From: Syntrophales bacterium
GTDB lineage: Bacteria; Desulfobacterota; Syntrophia; Syntrophales; UBA2210
DNA: 64,000 bases
Reading direction: 5' to 3'
Assembly (NCBI GenBank): GCA_023230565.1
Contig: JALNXD010000002.1
Coordinates: 16,366 to 80,365 of the forward strand
In this document: in pieces, positions 18,568 through 28,955 of the stretch
Layout of the letters: every line of letters begins with the position of its first letter
Numbering within the stretch: the stretch's first letter is position 1
Made by a program: the position numbers and the translations under genes
The notes under the pieces: model-generated
The model's database searches: none
What the model saw: the letters and a program-made list of their open reading frames with translations, nothing else
What the model was told of the DNA's origin: nothing

Positions 18568-19467
18568 ATGCATGAAAACCTCTTTAAAATAAACGAAAAA
18601 GAATATATTCTTCCGGGAAGCAGGGCCTGTCAGGGCTGCGGTCTTTCCATCGCTTACCGCTATATTTTGAAAGCACTCCGCGAAAATACGATCGTGGCAA
18701 TCCCGCCAAGCTGTCTGTGCGTTCTTCACGGCCTTTATCCCAATACATCCGTTACAGTACCGGCTCTGAATATCACCTTTGCGGGAAATGCAGCTTCAGC
18801 CTCTGGAATTGTAGCAGCTCTCACAGCTTTGAACAGACCTGACATAACCGTGCTCGCCCTTTCCGGGGACGGGGGCACCTATGATATAGGCATTCAGTCA
18901 TTGAGCGGGGCAGCCGAGCGGAATACCGATTTCATTTTTGCCTGCTACGACAATGAAGCATACATGAATACGGGCACACAGCGCTCGGGAGCCACGCCTA
19001 TGGGCGCTGTAACAACCACTACACCTGTTTTGACAAAGAAGGACCATAAAAAGGACTTCATCAGAATTATGGAAGCACATAATATACCCTATATCGCTAC
19101 GGTATCCCCGGCATATCCGATCGATCTTTACGAGAAATTCGTCAAAGCCAAACGCATCAAAGGAACCCGGTATATTCAGATCGATACGCCCTGCCCCCCT
19201 GGATGGGGCTATCCTGCCAAAGACACAGTAAAAATTGGCAAACTCGCTGTTGAAACAGGAATTTTTCCTCTTCTGGAAATAGAAGACGGAAAGCTTCGGT
19301 TAACAGGCAGAAGCAACACATTGTCAGTAAAGGGCAAGCGTATGCCTATCATTCATTACGTTGAGCGTCAGATGAGATTCAGAAAAATGAGCATCGAACA
19401 GCTCAATCAGCTGCAGAGCTGGGTCGACAAACGGTGGAATGATTTCACAAACAGGGCTGACAACTGA
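18568..19467 (+). CDS. 2-oxoacid:ferredoxin oxidoreductase, beta (TPP-binding) subunit
   Basis: CQGCG near the N-terminus and the GDGGTYDIG TPP motif. I place the start at the ATG at 18568, 5 nt after the alpha stop, rather than at the overlapping track start 18499. Confidence 0.88.
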   Translation: MHENLFKINEKEYILPGSRACQGCGLSIAYRYILKALRENTIVAIPPSCLCVLHGLYPNTSVTVPALNITFAGNAASASGIVAALTALNRPDITVLALSGDGGTYDIGIQSLSGAAERNTDFIFACYDNEAYMNTGTQRSGATPMGAVTTTTPVLTKKDHKKDFIRIMEAHNIPYIATVSPAYPIDLYEKFVKAKRIKGTRYIQIDTPCPPGWGYPAKDTVKIGKLAVETGIFPLLEIEDGKLRLTGRSNTLSVKGKRMPIIHYVERQMRFRKMSIEQLNQLQSWVDKRWNDFTNRADN

Positions 19468-20761
19468 GGAGGACTGAAGAGATGAGATCGGCATAGCGCA
19501 GCGACGCCCCCCTGTTTTTTTGAAGAACGCCTTTCCCCGCTTCTCCCCGAAGGCGGCGTTCTTCCGGTTTGCTAAACATGGCGTTTATCCCCACTGCAAG
19601 ATCTTTCGCACAGGTTACCGTAATTCCAGCTCCTGCCGCGACCAGTTGATCGCGCTCACTAATGAAATCTTCCATGTGCGGGCCGAAAAAAACGACCTTG
19701 CCCCATGCGGCCGCTTCCAGTGCATTCTGTCCTCCCCTCGGCACAAGACTTCCGCCGCAGTACACTGCATCTGCACATCCATACAGTGCAAAAAGGATTC
19801 CCATCGCATCAACAATGACCACCTGGCGCCCGTCCCTGTTTTTCCCTTTCACCAATTCGGTGAAGCAGATGGCTTCACGATCAAGCCCTTCCTCAATGAG
19901 CAGGTGCCGAATTGCCCCGACCCTCTCGATATGCCTGGGAACAATGAACAGAACAAGATCGGGAAACTCTTTTTTCAAGATTTTAAACACATCAAAAAGG
20001 ATCTTTTCTTCACCCTCATGCGTACTGCCGGCAACAAGAACGGGAACCTCATCCGAAAGCGCCAGCAGGCGCATTAATTCCTGCAGCCGTATTTCATCGG
20101 CACCTGTATCGAGACTGTCGTATTTCGCATTGCCTATGATGCTGATTTTATGAGATTGAGCCCCTATTGCTTCGAACCTTTCGGCATCTGTTGTTGAAAT
20201 TACTCCAATGGAATCGACGGATTCCAGCACCTTTGCCCAAAAAAATCTCGTAGCTTTATATCCGGCAAAAGATCGCGGAGATATCCTGCCGTTCACCATC
20301 ACTACCTTCACTTTCAATTTCCGGCAAATGTGAATAAAATTAGGCCATATTTCGGTTTCCACAGGAACAAATACATCAGGAACAACCTTTCCCATTATCC
20401 GGTCTATTACCCAGGGAATATCAAGGGGGTAATAAAGATGGGCCGCCGCGCCCCCGACAAGCCTCTTCGCAGTATCATGCCCGGTCTCGGTGCTCGTTGA
20501 AAGTATTATGCATCCTTCAGGATATCTGGCACGAAGTTCCTCAATTATCGGCTTCGCCGCAGATACCTCTCCTACCGATACGGCATGAACCCATATTCTC
20601 GGAGTTCCATTCAAATTCCGGAAAGTTTCCGGAGAATAAAAGCCTAATTTCGCCCCCGCACTCCTTTTGTACTTGCCAGTGAATGCCAGACGGAAACCGT
20701 AATAAGGTACAAGGATGATAGCTGCAGCACCAAGCACTAAGTTATATAGAAAATATCTCAT
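19445..20761 (-). CDS. waaA: 3-deoxy-D-manno-octulosonic acid (Kdo) transferase
   Basis: 438 aa with an N-terminal membrane anchor and the RIWVHAVSVGEV motif typical of WaaA/KdtA. Confidence 0.9.
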   Translation of the reverse strand: MRYFLYNLVLGAAAIILVPYYGFRLAFTGKYKRSAGAKLGFYSPETFRNLNGTPRIWVHAVSVGEVSAAKPIIEELRARYPEGCIILSTSTETGHDTAKRLVGGAAAHLYYPLDIPWVIDRIMGKVVPDVFVPVETEIWPNFIHICRKLKVKVVMVNGRISPRSFAGYKATRFFWAKVLESVDSIGVISTTDAERFEAIGAQSHKISIIGNAKYDSLDTGADEIRLQELMRLLALSDEVPVLVAGSTHEGEEKILFDVFKILKKEFPDLVLFIVPRHIERVGAIRHLLIEEGLDREAICFTELVKGKNRDGRQVVIVDAMGILFALYGCADAVYCGGSLVPRGGQNALEAAAWGKVVFFGPHMEDFISERDQLVAAGAGITVTCAKDLAVGINAMFSKPEERRLRGEAGKGVLQKNRGASLRYADLISSVLLSCQPCL

Positions 20762-21016
20762 TTACCGGACCCGGCGTCCAGGGCCTTTCTATTGATTTTC
20801 GGATTCAATACCATGTTATCGGCGCCCTCTGCAACTGATACAATACAAATTAAGGAAGACCGCTCTTTTCCGGCTATTCTGATAACTGCAGCGGCATGCG
20901 TATTCCGTCACTTTCGTTATTTCCCCCCTTCAAATGAAAAGATTGACAGGGGAAAATCTGGTATAGTAAAGAAGTATACAATCATGAAGACAGATCATCT
21001 CGCAAAGGAGCAGAAA

Positions 21017-21805
21017 ATGGAATGTATAAATATAATGCCATGCCTCGACATAAAGGATGGCAGTGTCGTCAAGGGAATTCACTTCGTCGATCTGAAAAAC
21101 GCAGGCGACCCTGTTGAGCAGGCTCTTTTTTATGAAAGGGAAGGCGCTGACGAATTGGCATTTCTCGATATAACCGCAACGATAGAAGGGCGAAAAACAA
21201 CGGCAGACCTGGTAAAAAGGGTTGCAGAGGCAATCAAGATACCGCTTACAGTCGGGGGAGGGATAGGAGAAATATATGATTTTGAACGGCTATTTACGGC
21301 AGGAGCGGAAAAAATATCGGTAAACACCGCTGCGTTCAGAGATCCGGGACTCCTGAAAGAAGCGGCAGACGCATTCGGCAGAGAGAGAATAGTTGTTGCA
21401 ATAGATGCAAAAAAGACAAATAGCTTTCCATCAGGATATGAGCTTTATATAAACGGAGGCCGTACCCCGGCAGGAAAAGATGCCGTTGAATGGGCACGCC
21501 GCGCCGCAGAGCTGGGTGCCGGAAGCCTTCTCCCCACAAGCATCGATACAGACGGCACTAAAGACGGATATGATCTCATCCTTACAAAAAGTATCGCAGA
21601 GGCTTCCGGCCTCCCGGTCATCGCTTCGGGCGGGGCGGGCACTCTCGAACATCTCTACCTGGGTGCAACCGAAGGCAAGGCGACCACTCTTCTTGCCGCT
21701 TCGATTTTCCATTTTCGCGAGCTGTCAATATACCAAGTAAAACATTACCTTCGCGAACGAGGGCTTCCCGTCCGAATGCAATTCACGGAGACACAAGGAG
21801 TTTGA
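21017..21805 (+). CDS. hisF: imidazole glycerol phosphate synthase cyclase subunit HisF (or HisF-like)
   Basis: MPCLDIKDGSVVKG, LAFLDITAT, LTVGGGI, VIASGGAG. The start is chosen at the ATG at 21017, which has AGGAG 6 nt upstream. The track ORF start at 20792 adds an implausible 75-aa extension. Confidence 0.85.
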   Translation: MECINIMPCLDIKDGSVVKGIHFVDLKNAGDPVEQALFYEREGADELAFLDITATIEGRKTTADLVKRVAEAIKIPLTVGGGIGEIYDFERLFTAGAEKISVNTAAFRDPGLLKEAADAFGRERIVVAIDAKKTNSFPSGYELYINGGRTPAGKDAVEWARRAAELGAGSLLPTSIDTDGTKDGYDLILTKSIAEASGLPVIASGGAGTLEHLYLGATEGKATTLLAASIFHFRELSIYQVKHYLRERGLPVRMQFTETQGV

Positions 21806-21806
21806 A

Positions 21807-22550
21807 ATGAATCGAAGGTATTTCGCAGTAATAGGTCTTTCACTCATAACATGTGCTGTTTTTATCTTCGTTTCAGGCTGCACACGATACGAAAGAAAGA
21901 TCGTTCCCTTTAAAATGCCCGCAGCTTATCCCAATGCAACAGCCGCCGCGGGAGCGTTAATCGGCGCACAGGCATACTCCGATCAAACGAAAGCAAATTC
22001 CGCATTCGGATTCGACATTCTGGGAACAGGCGTTCTGCCGGTCCAGGTTGTATTTGATAACCAGGGAACCCATCCGCTGGAAATTGTTCCGGCGAAAACA
22101 TATTTCATCGATTCCAACGATAATCTTTGGCCTATTATTGATGAGAGACTTGCCTATGACAGAATTTCTCAAAAAACTCAATTCAGCGAAGTCGCCCCGA
22201 GAGTGTTAAAACCGGGACTCTTAGGAGGAGCCGCCGGTGCGGTAATAGGCGCTGCAATAGGTATAGTCACAGGAACAAATGTAGGAGAAGCCCTGGGAAA
22301 GGGCGCGGCAGTGGGGGCGGCAGTCGGAGCAACGGCAGGGGGAATTTCAGGGATTGATGAAACCGACGTTCACAGACAAATAGGCGAAGATCTGCACGCA
22401 AGAACTCTTGAAAAAAGACCGATTCCCCCTAATGAAATAGCGCACGGGTTCATCTTCTTTCCTGCCGAGGCGGCAGAGGCAAAAGAGCTCCGCCTTGTAA
22501 TCAGGGAGATAGATACGGGGACCATTCACAATCTGAGGTTGAAGTTCTGA
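21807..22550 (+). CDS. lipoprotein with glycine-zipper segment, function unknown
   Basis: Lipobox FVSGC after a signal peptide. A Gly/Ala-rich stretch follows ([43 protein letters not shown]). It is packed tightly between hisF (2-nt gap) and rpe (2-nt gap). Confidence 0.6.
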   Translation: MNRRYFAVIGLSLITCAVFIFVSGCTRYERKIVPFKMPAAYPNATAAAGALIGAQAYSDQTKANSAFGFDILGTGVLPVQVVFDNQGTHPLEIVPAKTYFIDSNDNLWPIIDERLAYDRISQKTQFSEVAPRVLKPGLLGGAAGAVIGAAIGIVTGTNVGEALGKGAAVGAAVGATAGGISGIDETDVHRQIGEDLHARTLEKRPIPPNEIAHGFIFFPAEAAEAKELRLVIREIDTGTIHNLRLKF

Positions 22551-22552
22551 AA

Positions 22553-23212
22553 ATGAAAAAAATCGCACCTTCAATATTGTCTTCCGATTTCAGCAGGCTG
22601 GGCGAAGAGATCAAGGCCGTGGAAACGGCAGGGGCCGATCTCATACATGTTGATGTAATGGATGGACATTTCGTTCCCAACCTCACAATTGGTCCGCCGA
22701 TCGTCAGATCCATAAGAAAAATAACTTCTCTTCCATTTGACGTGCACCTGATGATCGAGAACCCGGATGCCTTCATCGCAGATTTCATTTCAGCCGGAAG
22801 CGACTGCGTGACCGTTCACGCAGAAGCCTCATCACATCTGCATCGGAGTATCCAGATTATAAAAGACGGGGGAAAACTGGCCGGTGTTTCAGTAAATCCG
22901 GCAACACCGCTTTCGCAGATCGAATACATTCTCGCCGATATTGATCTTCTTCTTATAATGACAGTGAATCCAGGATTTGGCGGACAGAAATTCATCGGCA
23001 CCATGCTCCCTAAAATCCGGGAAGCCCGAGAAATGATCAACCGCATTTCGCCTGCGGTGACTCTGGAAGTAGACGGAGGAGTAACTCTGGATAATATTGG
23101 ATCCATTGCGCAGGCGGGCGCCGATATCATAGTGGCGGGATCATCCGTATTCGGAACCGACGATTATGCATATGTTATCAAACGCATGAAGGAAATAGTC
23201 GCACAATTATAA
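22553..23212 (+). CDS. rpe: ribulose-phosphate 3-epimerase
   Basis: [10 protein letters not shown]...[12 protein letters not shown]...[12 protein letters not shown] motifs; 219 aa. Confidence 0.95.
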   Translation: MKKIAPSILSSDFSRLGEEIKAVETAGADLIHVDVMDGHFVPNLTIGPPIVRSIRKITSLPFDVHLMIENPDAFIADFISAGSDCVTVHAEASSHLHRSIQIIKDGGKLAGVSVNPATPLSQIEYILADIDLLLIMTVNPGFGGQKFIGTMLPKIREAREMINRISPAVTLEVDGGVTLDNIGSIAQAGADIIVAGSSVFGTDDYAYVIKRMKEIVAQL

Positions 23213-23264
23213 AAATGATTTGTGAAGACATGGGATTCACTATAGGTTCGACTCAGGGATAAAA

Positions 23265-23939
23265 ATGGGCATTCATACTCTGTCATCATATAATTTCAAA
23301 GGGTTTCTGGCCGATGCCGAGGCGCAAAGACTTTATGACGCGGCAAAAGAAGCTTCCAGTTTCGGCCCCTGCCTTGAAATCGGGAGCTACTGCGGCAAAT
23401 CGACTGCATTTCTTGCGGCAGGCTGCAAAGAACACAATTCGATTCTATTTTCAATAGATCACCACCGCGGTTCGGAAGAGCAGCAGCCGGGTGAAGAATA
23501 TTTTGATCCTGACCTTCTGGATACAGAATCAGGTATGATCGATACTTTCAGAATATTCAGAAAAACGATTGCCGATCTCGATCTGACCGAAACGGTGGTT
23601 CCTATTGTCACTTCCTCGATAACTGCGGCACGCCACTGGAAAACACCGCTCGCGCTGGTATTCATTGATGGAGGGCATAGTTATGAAGCCGCATTCCGCG
23701 ATTACAGCGCCTGGTCGCCTTTTATACTATCCGGCGGGTATCTTCTGATTCACGATATTTTTCCGGATCCTGCCTTTGGGGGGCAGGCTCCTTACTGCGT
23801 GTACCGTCTTGCCGTACATTCTGGTCTTTTTGAAGAGCTCCCCTCTGTTGAGACCTTAGGCGTATTGAAACGCATACGGCCGGGTTCACTCTCACAAAAA
23901 GCAAAAGAAATCTGGAAAGAGCGAACTGAACCCTCTTAA
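23265..23939 (+). CDS. class I SAM-dependent methyltransferase (O-methyltransferase-like)
   Basis: CLEIGSYCGKST (SAM-binding loop) and VFIDGGHSYEAAFRDY...LLIHD, typical of Methyltransf_24-type proteins. Confidence 0.72.
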   Translation: MGIHTLSSYNFKGFLADAEAQRLYDAAKEASSFGPCLEIGSYCGKSTAFLAAGCKEHNSILFSIDHHRGSEEQQPGEEYFDPDLLDTESGMIDTFRIFRKTIADLDLTETVVPIVTSSITAARHWKTPLALVFIDGGHSYEAAFRDYSAWSPFILSGGYLLIHDIFPDPAFGGQAPYCVYRLAVHSGLFEELPSVETLGVLKRIRPGSLSQKAKEIWKERTEPS

Positions 23940-24048
23940 AGTTGGCTTTTTTTTGAATCGTAAGGGTAAAACCTGAATACTCAACCCAAAATCCGGTTCA
24001 TGGTTCACGTGCTTATATGATATGAGAGCAAAAGGGTGGACGTGTATT

Positions 24049-24912
24049 TTACAAATGAGAGTTGAGGTGTCGGATTTTTTTTAATAAACGGGTTACAATT
24101 CCGGTTTGTTTCGCATTACTGCAGTGCCGACATAGAATATCTGCAGAATCGTCGCTTAATCCTTCTATAACTTTATTATAGGAATCATTATTAAATAATG
24201 AATTGTAATCCTCCGAAATCAAATTACCCAGGATATGCCGCATTCCGTAATCCATGCAACACAGGATGACATCCCCATTTGGCAGCAACACATTGTGATT
24301 TAACAAACGGCTGCAACTTTTACACACAATTTTTCCTGTCAGATATATACAGTGATTGACCTTTCCGATATCGCCGATGTTCCCTGCCCGGTTAATACAT
24401 TCATCTTCCCTGATATCCGCCGCAGATAAAAGCTTTTTGATTTCCTCATGGACTCCTCCGATACTCATATAGCGTAAGCCGCTTATACTGCTCTCGGAAA
24501 TCCTGCCAAGTCTTTTCAGATACTCTTCATCTACTTTTATAGCTGTATAATTTTTATTATCGGGCAAATGGATTTCAAATATCCGGAAGGGGATATGTTT
24601 GATGGCATCTATATCCGCCAATGACATGCCTGTGGTAGTTGTATATACCGAAATTTCAAATCCGCATTCATAGGCATGTAAAATCATTTGTGTACAATTC
24701 GGATTGAGCCATGGCTCCGCCATTCCGGAAAAATGGATATGAACCTGCGGCGGTATCTTATCCAGACATACCTTGAACGTTTCGAAAGACATGCATACTA
24801 TGTTACTTTTTTTGATATAAGCCCTTATAAATATATCCTGCGGACAGTATACACACCTGTTTCTGCACCCGATCACTGTGGTTATTTCCATGGTTCCCGC
24901 TACGGCCACCAT
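24049..24912 (-). CDS. radical SAM enzyme with C-terminal Cys-rich (SPASM/twitch-like) domain
   Basis: CRNRCVYC (CxxxCxxC) near the N-terminus. C-terminal CKSC...LCCMDYG...CRHC cluster. Confidence 0.78.
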   Translation of the reverse strand: MVAVAGTMEITTVIGCRNRCVYCPQDIFIRAYIKKSNIVCMSFETFKVCLDKIPPQVHIHFSGMAEPWLNPNCTQMILHAYECGFEISVYTTTTGMSLADIDAIKHIPFRIFEIHLPDNKNYTAIKVDEEYLKRLGRISESSISGLRYMSIGGVHEEIKKLLSAADIREDECINRAGNIGDIGKVNHCIYLTGKIVCKSCSRLLNHNVLLPNGDVILCCMDYGMRHILGNLISEDYNSLFNNDSYNKVIEGLSDDSADILCRHCSNAKQTGIVTRLLKKIRHLNSHL

Positions 24913-24930
24913 ATAGCTTAACCTCTCGAA

Positions 24931-25728
24931 TTACTTCCTTAAACCTTTTTTACAAAAAAAGGGGATATTTTCCCTGTTAAGATACTCAATATTCGCCCCC
25001 TCTCTCCAATGCCTGTTTCCCAATTCCTTCGGATGCCACAAATGGAGTACCTTTGCAGAAGGTATGATCGAACGGCCTCGAAATCCGGCTTTTATGAAAC
25101 GCAACGCCAAATCCTCATCCTCGCCACCCCAGCCTATAAAATTTTCATCGTACCCGTTCACAAATTCCATGTCTTTTCGATGTACGGAGAAATGGCTGCT
25201 GCATTTTTGTTTTCTCGGATTAACTGCCCTGAATCTCATCAGAATGCCATATTTTATGAAATTAAAATGTTCTCTCGTCACAGGTTTCTCCGGCAACTCG
25301 TGATAAAGATTTTCGAGCAACTCCTTTGAAATTTCTTCATGCAATATTCTCTTTGCCTGTTCCTGAGTAGTATATTTACAAAGCCCGGCAATGAATTTCC
25401 CCGGCTTGGCCGCTTTTACGTGGCACTCGATCGTGCCGGGCAATACCAGAAAATCACAATCCAAAAAAATCAAATACTCTCCGGCAGCTTTACGAATACC
25501 GTTATTGCGGGCAAGTGCAAGCCTGAATCCGTTTTTTGGCTGCCATACATGTGTTATCGGAAACTCATACGCCGGGATGAGATCTTGTAATCTATTGACA
25601 GTCTCAGTACCTGAACCATCATCGGCAATAATGACTTCATCGAAATTGCCTCTGCAAAGCCTGAGAGAATCAAGACAGCACCGTAAATAATCCAGCCGTT
25701 CATAAAAGGATATTATTATGCTCACCAT
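24931..25728 (-). CDS. family 2 glycosyltransferase
   Basis: VSIIISFYERLDYL...IIADDGS...LDCDF (DxD) and GWGGEDEDLALR, typical GT2 / GT-A motifs. Confidence 0.85.
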   Translation of the reverse strand: MVSIIISFYERLDYLRCCLDSLRLCRGNFDEVIIADDGSGTETVNRLQDLIPAYEFPITHVWQPKNGFRLALARNNGIRKAAGEYLIFLDCDFLVLPGTIECHVKAAKPGKFIAGLCKYTTQEQAKRILHEEISKELLENLYHELPEKPVTREHFNFIKYGILMRFRAVNPRKQKCSSHFSVHRKDMEFVNGYDENFIGWGGEDEDLALRFIKAGFRGRSIIPSAKVLHLWHPKELGNRHWREGANIEYLNRENIPFFCKKGLRK

Positions 25729-25818
25729 GATGAATTGTATCCTCAGTGTTTAAAAGCAGGAGCATCTCTTTTCTGTTCATCTGCCGCACATAATGATCGT
25801 AATGGGTCCAGGTTCAAA

Positions 25819-27117
25819 TTACGAATGCGTTTCCATCCCTTTGATATTTTCTTCATCAAAAGCTGAAGAATTGAGCCTCCATACTATGGTTATAAGGGCA
25901 AAGAGTATATAACAAATGTATATTGGCACATTCGTCAAGGCAGGCTCGAACATACCTTTTACAAGATAGACCGCCATTGACGCAACTAATGTCCATACCC
26001 ATTCTTGCCCCAGATGGTTCTTTTCACTTCTGCTGACAGCCAGAACCATTTTTCCATAGATAATAAAGAGATAAAAATAAAGGATCAGTCCCACTATGCC
26101 CGTCCTGACCGCTACACTAACCACAATATTGTGCGGGTCCTGCATTACAGCGCGCTTATCCTCCGGAAGTCTTTGCGAATATTTTTCCCATAGTGTTTCG
26201 TCATACCACATCTGCATGCCGTATCCGATACCTGTTACAGGATAGTCTTTTATCATTTCATAATAGGTAAGCGCTATTTTATATCTGTCGTCTCCCTGGA
26301 TTTTTCTTTCGAGTGCTTCCGGATTGATCCTTTCTTTGACAGGGAAAAAGAATAAGCTGATTACTATTACGAAACCTATGCAAAGGACTATTTTTGTTTT
26401 ATTCAGTGAAAGTATAAGCAGAGAAACCATCAAGGCAATTACGGTGCTTATGGATTGCGTGAGCAGTGTGATAACAGCCGTGCTTATAATGGAAATGATA
26501 AGCCATATGCGAACATGCCACTGTCTATACCGGGGCAGCAGGTTTATAGAAAAAAGAAAAGATATTATTGTAAGGAATCCGATAATATTTATTTGAAATT
26601 CTTTGAAGTCAATCCTGCTGGATACAGGATTCTCTTCTATCGCATAAAAGTAAATTCCGCATGTAATTGAAAATATACTGGCTGAAGCGATCAGGGTGTG
26701 GACAATCGTCAAAAAGCCCTTTTTCGAATCAAAACTATTGATCAGAATAAAATAGAAAATGATATATCGTACCAAATGGCTGTAGAAATCTTCTATGCTG
26801 TTTGGTTTATTCAAGGCAAAAAACAATCCTAAAAAAGACCAGGATGCGAAGAGAAGCAGCGTAACTGTAAACGGGGACCGGAAGTAGAAAAGGCTCTGCT
26901 TTACTATAATCAAGCCGACGAACAAAAGGCCGGAAATATAAAAACAAATTTCTCTGATCGCTGTCGTGTGGGGGAAAGGCATCAGAAAAACGAATGCAGC
27001 CATCAAACAGACAATCGTCTTTTTAATTATTTCAATGTTTCTTTCTTGCTCAAAATGTTCCATCTTCTCCAACTTCATCTTCTTCGTAATAATTCTTTCA
27101 TTATGCTTTCGCTGCAA
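25819..27117 (-). CDS. O-antigen ligase/polymerase family (Wzy_C-like) polytopic membrane protein
   Basis: 432 aa with about 10 or more hydrophobic helices and a larger loop near GIGYGMQMWYDE...DPHN. It sits next to GT2 and radical SAM genes in an A+T-rich segment. Confidence 0.7.
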   Translation of the reverse strand: MQRKHNERIITKKMKLEKMEHFEQERNIEIIKKTIVCLMAAFVFLMPFPHTTAIREICFYISGLLFVGLIIVKQSLFYFRSPFTVTLLLFASWSFLGLFFALNKPNSIEDFYSHLVRYIIFYFILINSFDSKKGFLTIVHTLIASASIFSITCGIYFYAIEENPVSSRIDFKEFQINIIGFLTIISFLFSINLLPRYRQWHVRIWLIISIISTAVITLLTQSISTVIALMVSLLILSLNKTKIVLCIGFVIVISLFFFPVKERINPEALERKIQGDDRYKIALTYYEMIKDYPVTGIGYGMQMWYDETLWEKYSQRLPEDKRAVMQDPHNIVVSVAVRTGIVGLILYFYLFIIYGKMVLAVSRSEKNHLGQEWVWTLVASMAVYLVKGMFEPALTNVPIYICYILFALITIVWRLNSSAFDEENIKGMETHS

Positions 27118-27217
27118 AGAAGTACCCCGGTACGTAACATAAGCCTGCCGCAGGATTCAAGATTTTCTTATAGCGCTGGTAAAACAAAAAATCCGAAAAC
27201 GGAATCATTTTTTTATG

Positions 27218-27246
27218 TTGACGCAAGGGACCTTCTCTGATATCAC
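27218..27246 (+). promoter_or_regulatory. sigma70-type promoter candidate for the Na/Pi transporter gene
   Basis: TTGACG (27218-27223), 17-nt spacer, TATCAC (27241-27246). Confidence 0.35.
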
Positions 27247-27347
27247 AAATATCAAAATTAACATTAACTATTTGAAATAACATAACAATAGGAAGCTGAT
27301 CTACTGCGGTACAATCGGTGCTCCCTACCATCAAAACGAGTATACTA

Positions 27348-28955
27348 ATGGATTACAGGGTCATTCTCGGAATCATCGGCGGTCTTGGTCTTTTTATTTA
27401 CGGAATGCATCTTTTGAGCGATTCGCTCAAAAAGCTTTCACTCACGCTTCTTAAAACCATGCTCGAAAAGCTCACTTCCGACAGAATACGGTCGGTTCTT
27501 GTGGGGTTGGGCGTAACCGCCATTATACAAAGCTCAAGCGCCACATCAGTCATTCTCATTGGATTCCTCAATGCAGGAATAATACAGCTTGCAGCTGCTC
27601 TTTCCATCATGATAGGAGCAAATGTAGGAACGACGGTAACTGCCCAGCTCATTGCCTTTAAATTCACTGCGGCAGCTCCGCTGTTCGTTTTTGCAGGGGC
27701 GATAATATTCTTTTTCGCACGAAAAAATAAACATAAAAACAAGGGCCTCGCTCTTTTAGGATTCGGGCTTCTTTTTATGGGCCTCGCCCTCATGAGTTCG
27801 GCGGTCAAACCGCTCGCGGGAAACGAGGCTGTAAAAAACTCCTTTACTTCTTTCGGAAGCCAACCATTTCTTGGAATACTGGCTGGCTTGACCGTGACGG
27901 CAATTCTTCAAAGCAGCAGCACCACTGTGGGTATGATTATCGCGTTTGCATTAGCCGGGCTGCTCGATCTGTCATCTTCGATTTATCTTTTGTTTGGAAC
28001 AAACATAGGAACCTGCGTTACGGCAATCATTGCAAGTTTTGGAGGCAACCTTTCAAGTAAGAGGCTCGCCCTGGGAAACACACTTTTCAATGTCGGCGGA
28101 ACCATTCTTGGCGTGTTAATGGTTCCGCTATACTTGAGCTACGTGCCGCTGTTTTCAGAAAGCATAGCCCGCCAGGTTGCCAACAGTCATACGATATTCA
28201 ATGTCATCAATACTATTCTTATTGTTCCGCTGATTCCGGTTTTTGTGAAAATCCTGGAAAAAATGATTCCCGGAAAAGATTACAAGAAGCAGGAAATAAG
28301 ATATCTTGACCACAATCTCCTTTCTACTCCCCATCTGGCTCTTTCGGCAGTTATAAAGGAGCTTACGGTGATGCTCAGCATATGCGAGGAAATGCTTGAA
28401 AAGGCAGAAACATGCGCTTTTTCATATAATCACAAACTTAAAAATGAAATAACATTCGACGAAGAATCAGTTGACGAGATGCAGAAAAATATAACGAATT
28501 ACCTGGTTGAAATCACGAAAAATGAGCTTACCGATCGCCAGCGAAGGCTTGTGCCGGCAATCCTGCACAGCGTAAACGACATAGAAAGAGTGGGTGATTA
28601 CTGTGAAAATATCGTTACACTGGCACAGCGTACCTTTGAAGAAAACCTTAGTTTTTCGGGCGCTGCAAAGGAAGAACTGGAACGCCTTTTTTCGAAAACA
28701 AAGACAGTCCTGAAACATACTATCAAGGCGGTAAAGTATGACGATCACAAATCTGCCCACATCACTCTGACGATAGAAAAGGAATCCGATGAACTGATCA
28801 GTCAATATAAATTGAATCATATCCTGCGCCTTGAGGCGGGAACCTGCGTCAGTGAATCAGGACTGGTCTTTTCGGATATCTTGACTGACATAGAAAGAAT
28901 TAACGGACATCTCTGCAATATAACCAAAGGAATACTGCACATCGGCAAACGATAG
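27348..28955 (+). CDS. Na+/phosphate cotransporter family protein with C-terminal PhoU-like domain
   Basis: GGLGLFIYGMHLLS and QSSSATSVILIGF / QSSSTTVGMIIAF duplicated NaPi-II motifs. The ATG at 27348 is preferred; the track start GTG at 27318 is possible. Confidence 0.85.
   Translation: MDYRVILGIIGGLGLFIYGMHLLSDSLKKLSLTLLKTMLEKLTSDRIRSVLVGLGVTAIIQSSSATSVILIGFLNAGIIQLAAALSIMIGANVGTTVTAQLIAFKFTAAAPLFVFAGAIIFFFARKNKHKNKGLALLGFGLLFMGLALMSSAVKPLAGNEAVKNSFTSFGSQPFLGILAGLTVTAILQSSSTTVGMIIAFALAGLLDLSSSIYLLFGTNIGTCVTAIIASFGGNLSSKRLALGNTLFNVGGTILGVLMVPLYLSYVPLFSESIARQVANSHTIFNVINTILIVPLIPVFVKILEKMIPGKDYKKQEIRYLDHNLLSTPHLALSAVIKELTVMLSICEEMLEKAETCAFSYNHKLKNEITFDEESVDEMQKNITNYLVEITKNELTDRQRRLVPAILHSVNDIERVGDYCENIVTLAQRTFEENLSFSGAAKEELERLFSKTKTVLKHTIKAVKYDDHKSAHITLTIEKESDELISQYKLNHILRLEAGTCVSESGLVFSDILTDIERINGHLCNITKGILHIGKR

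Noticed and set aside
20792-21016. The 75-aa N-terminal extension of the hisF ORF.
   Set aside because: HisF proteins begin close to the (M)PCLDIKDG motif. AGGAG precedes the ATG at 21017. The upstream part is more likely the promoter and leader.
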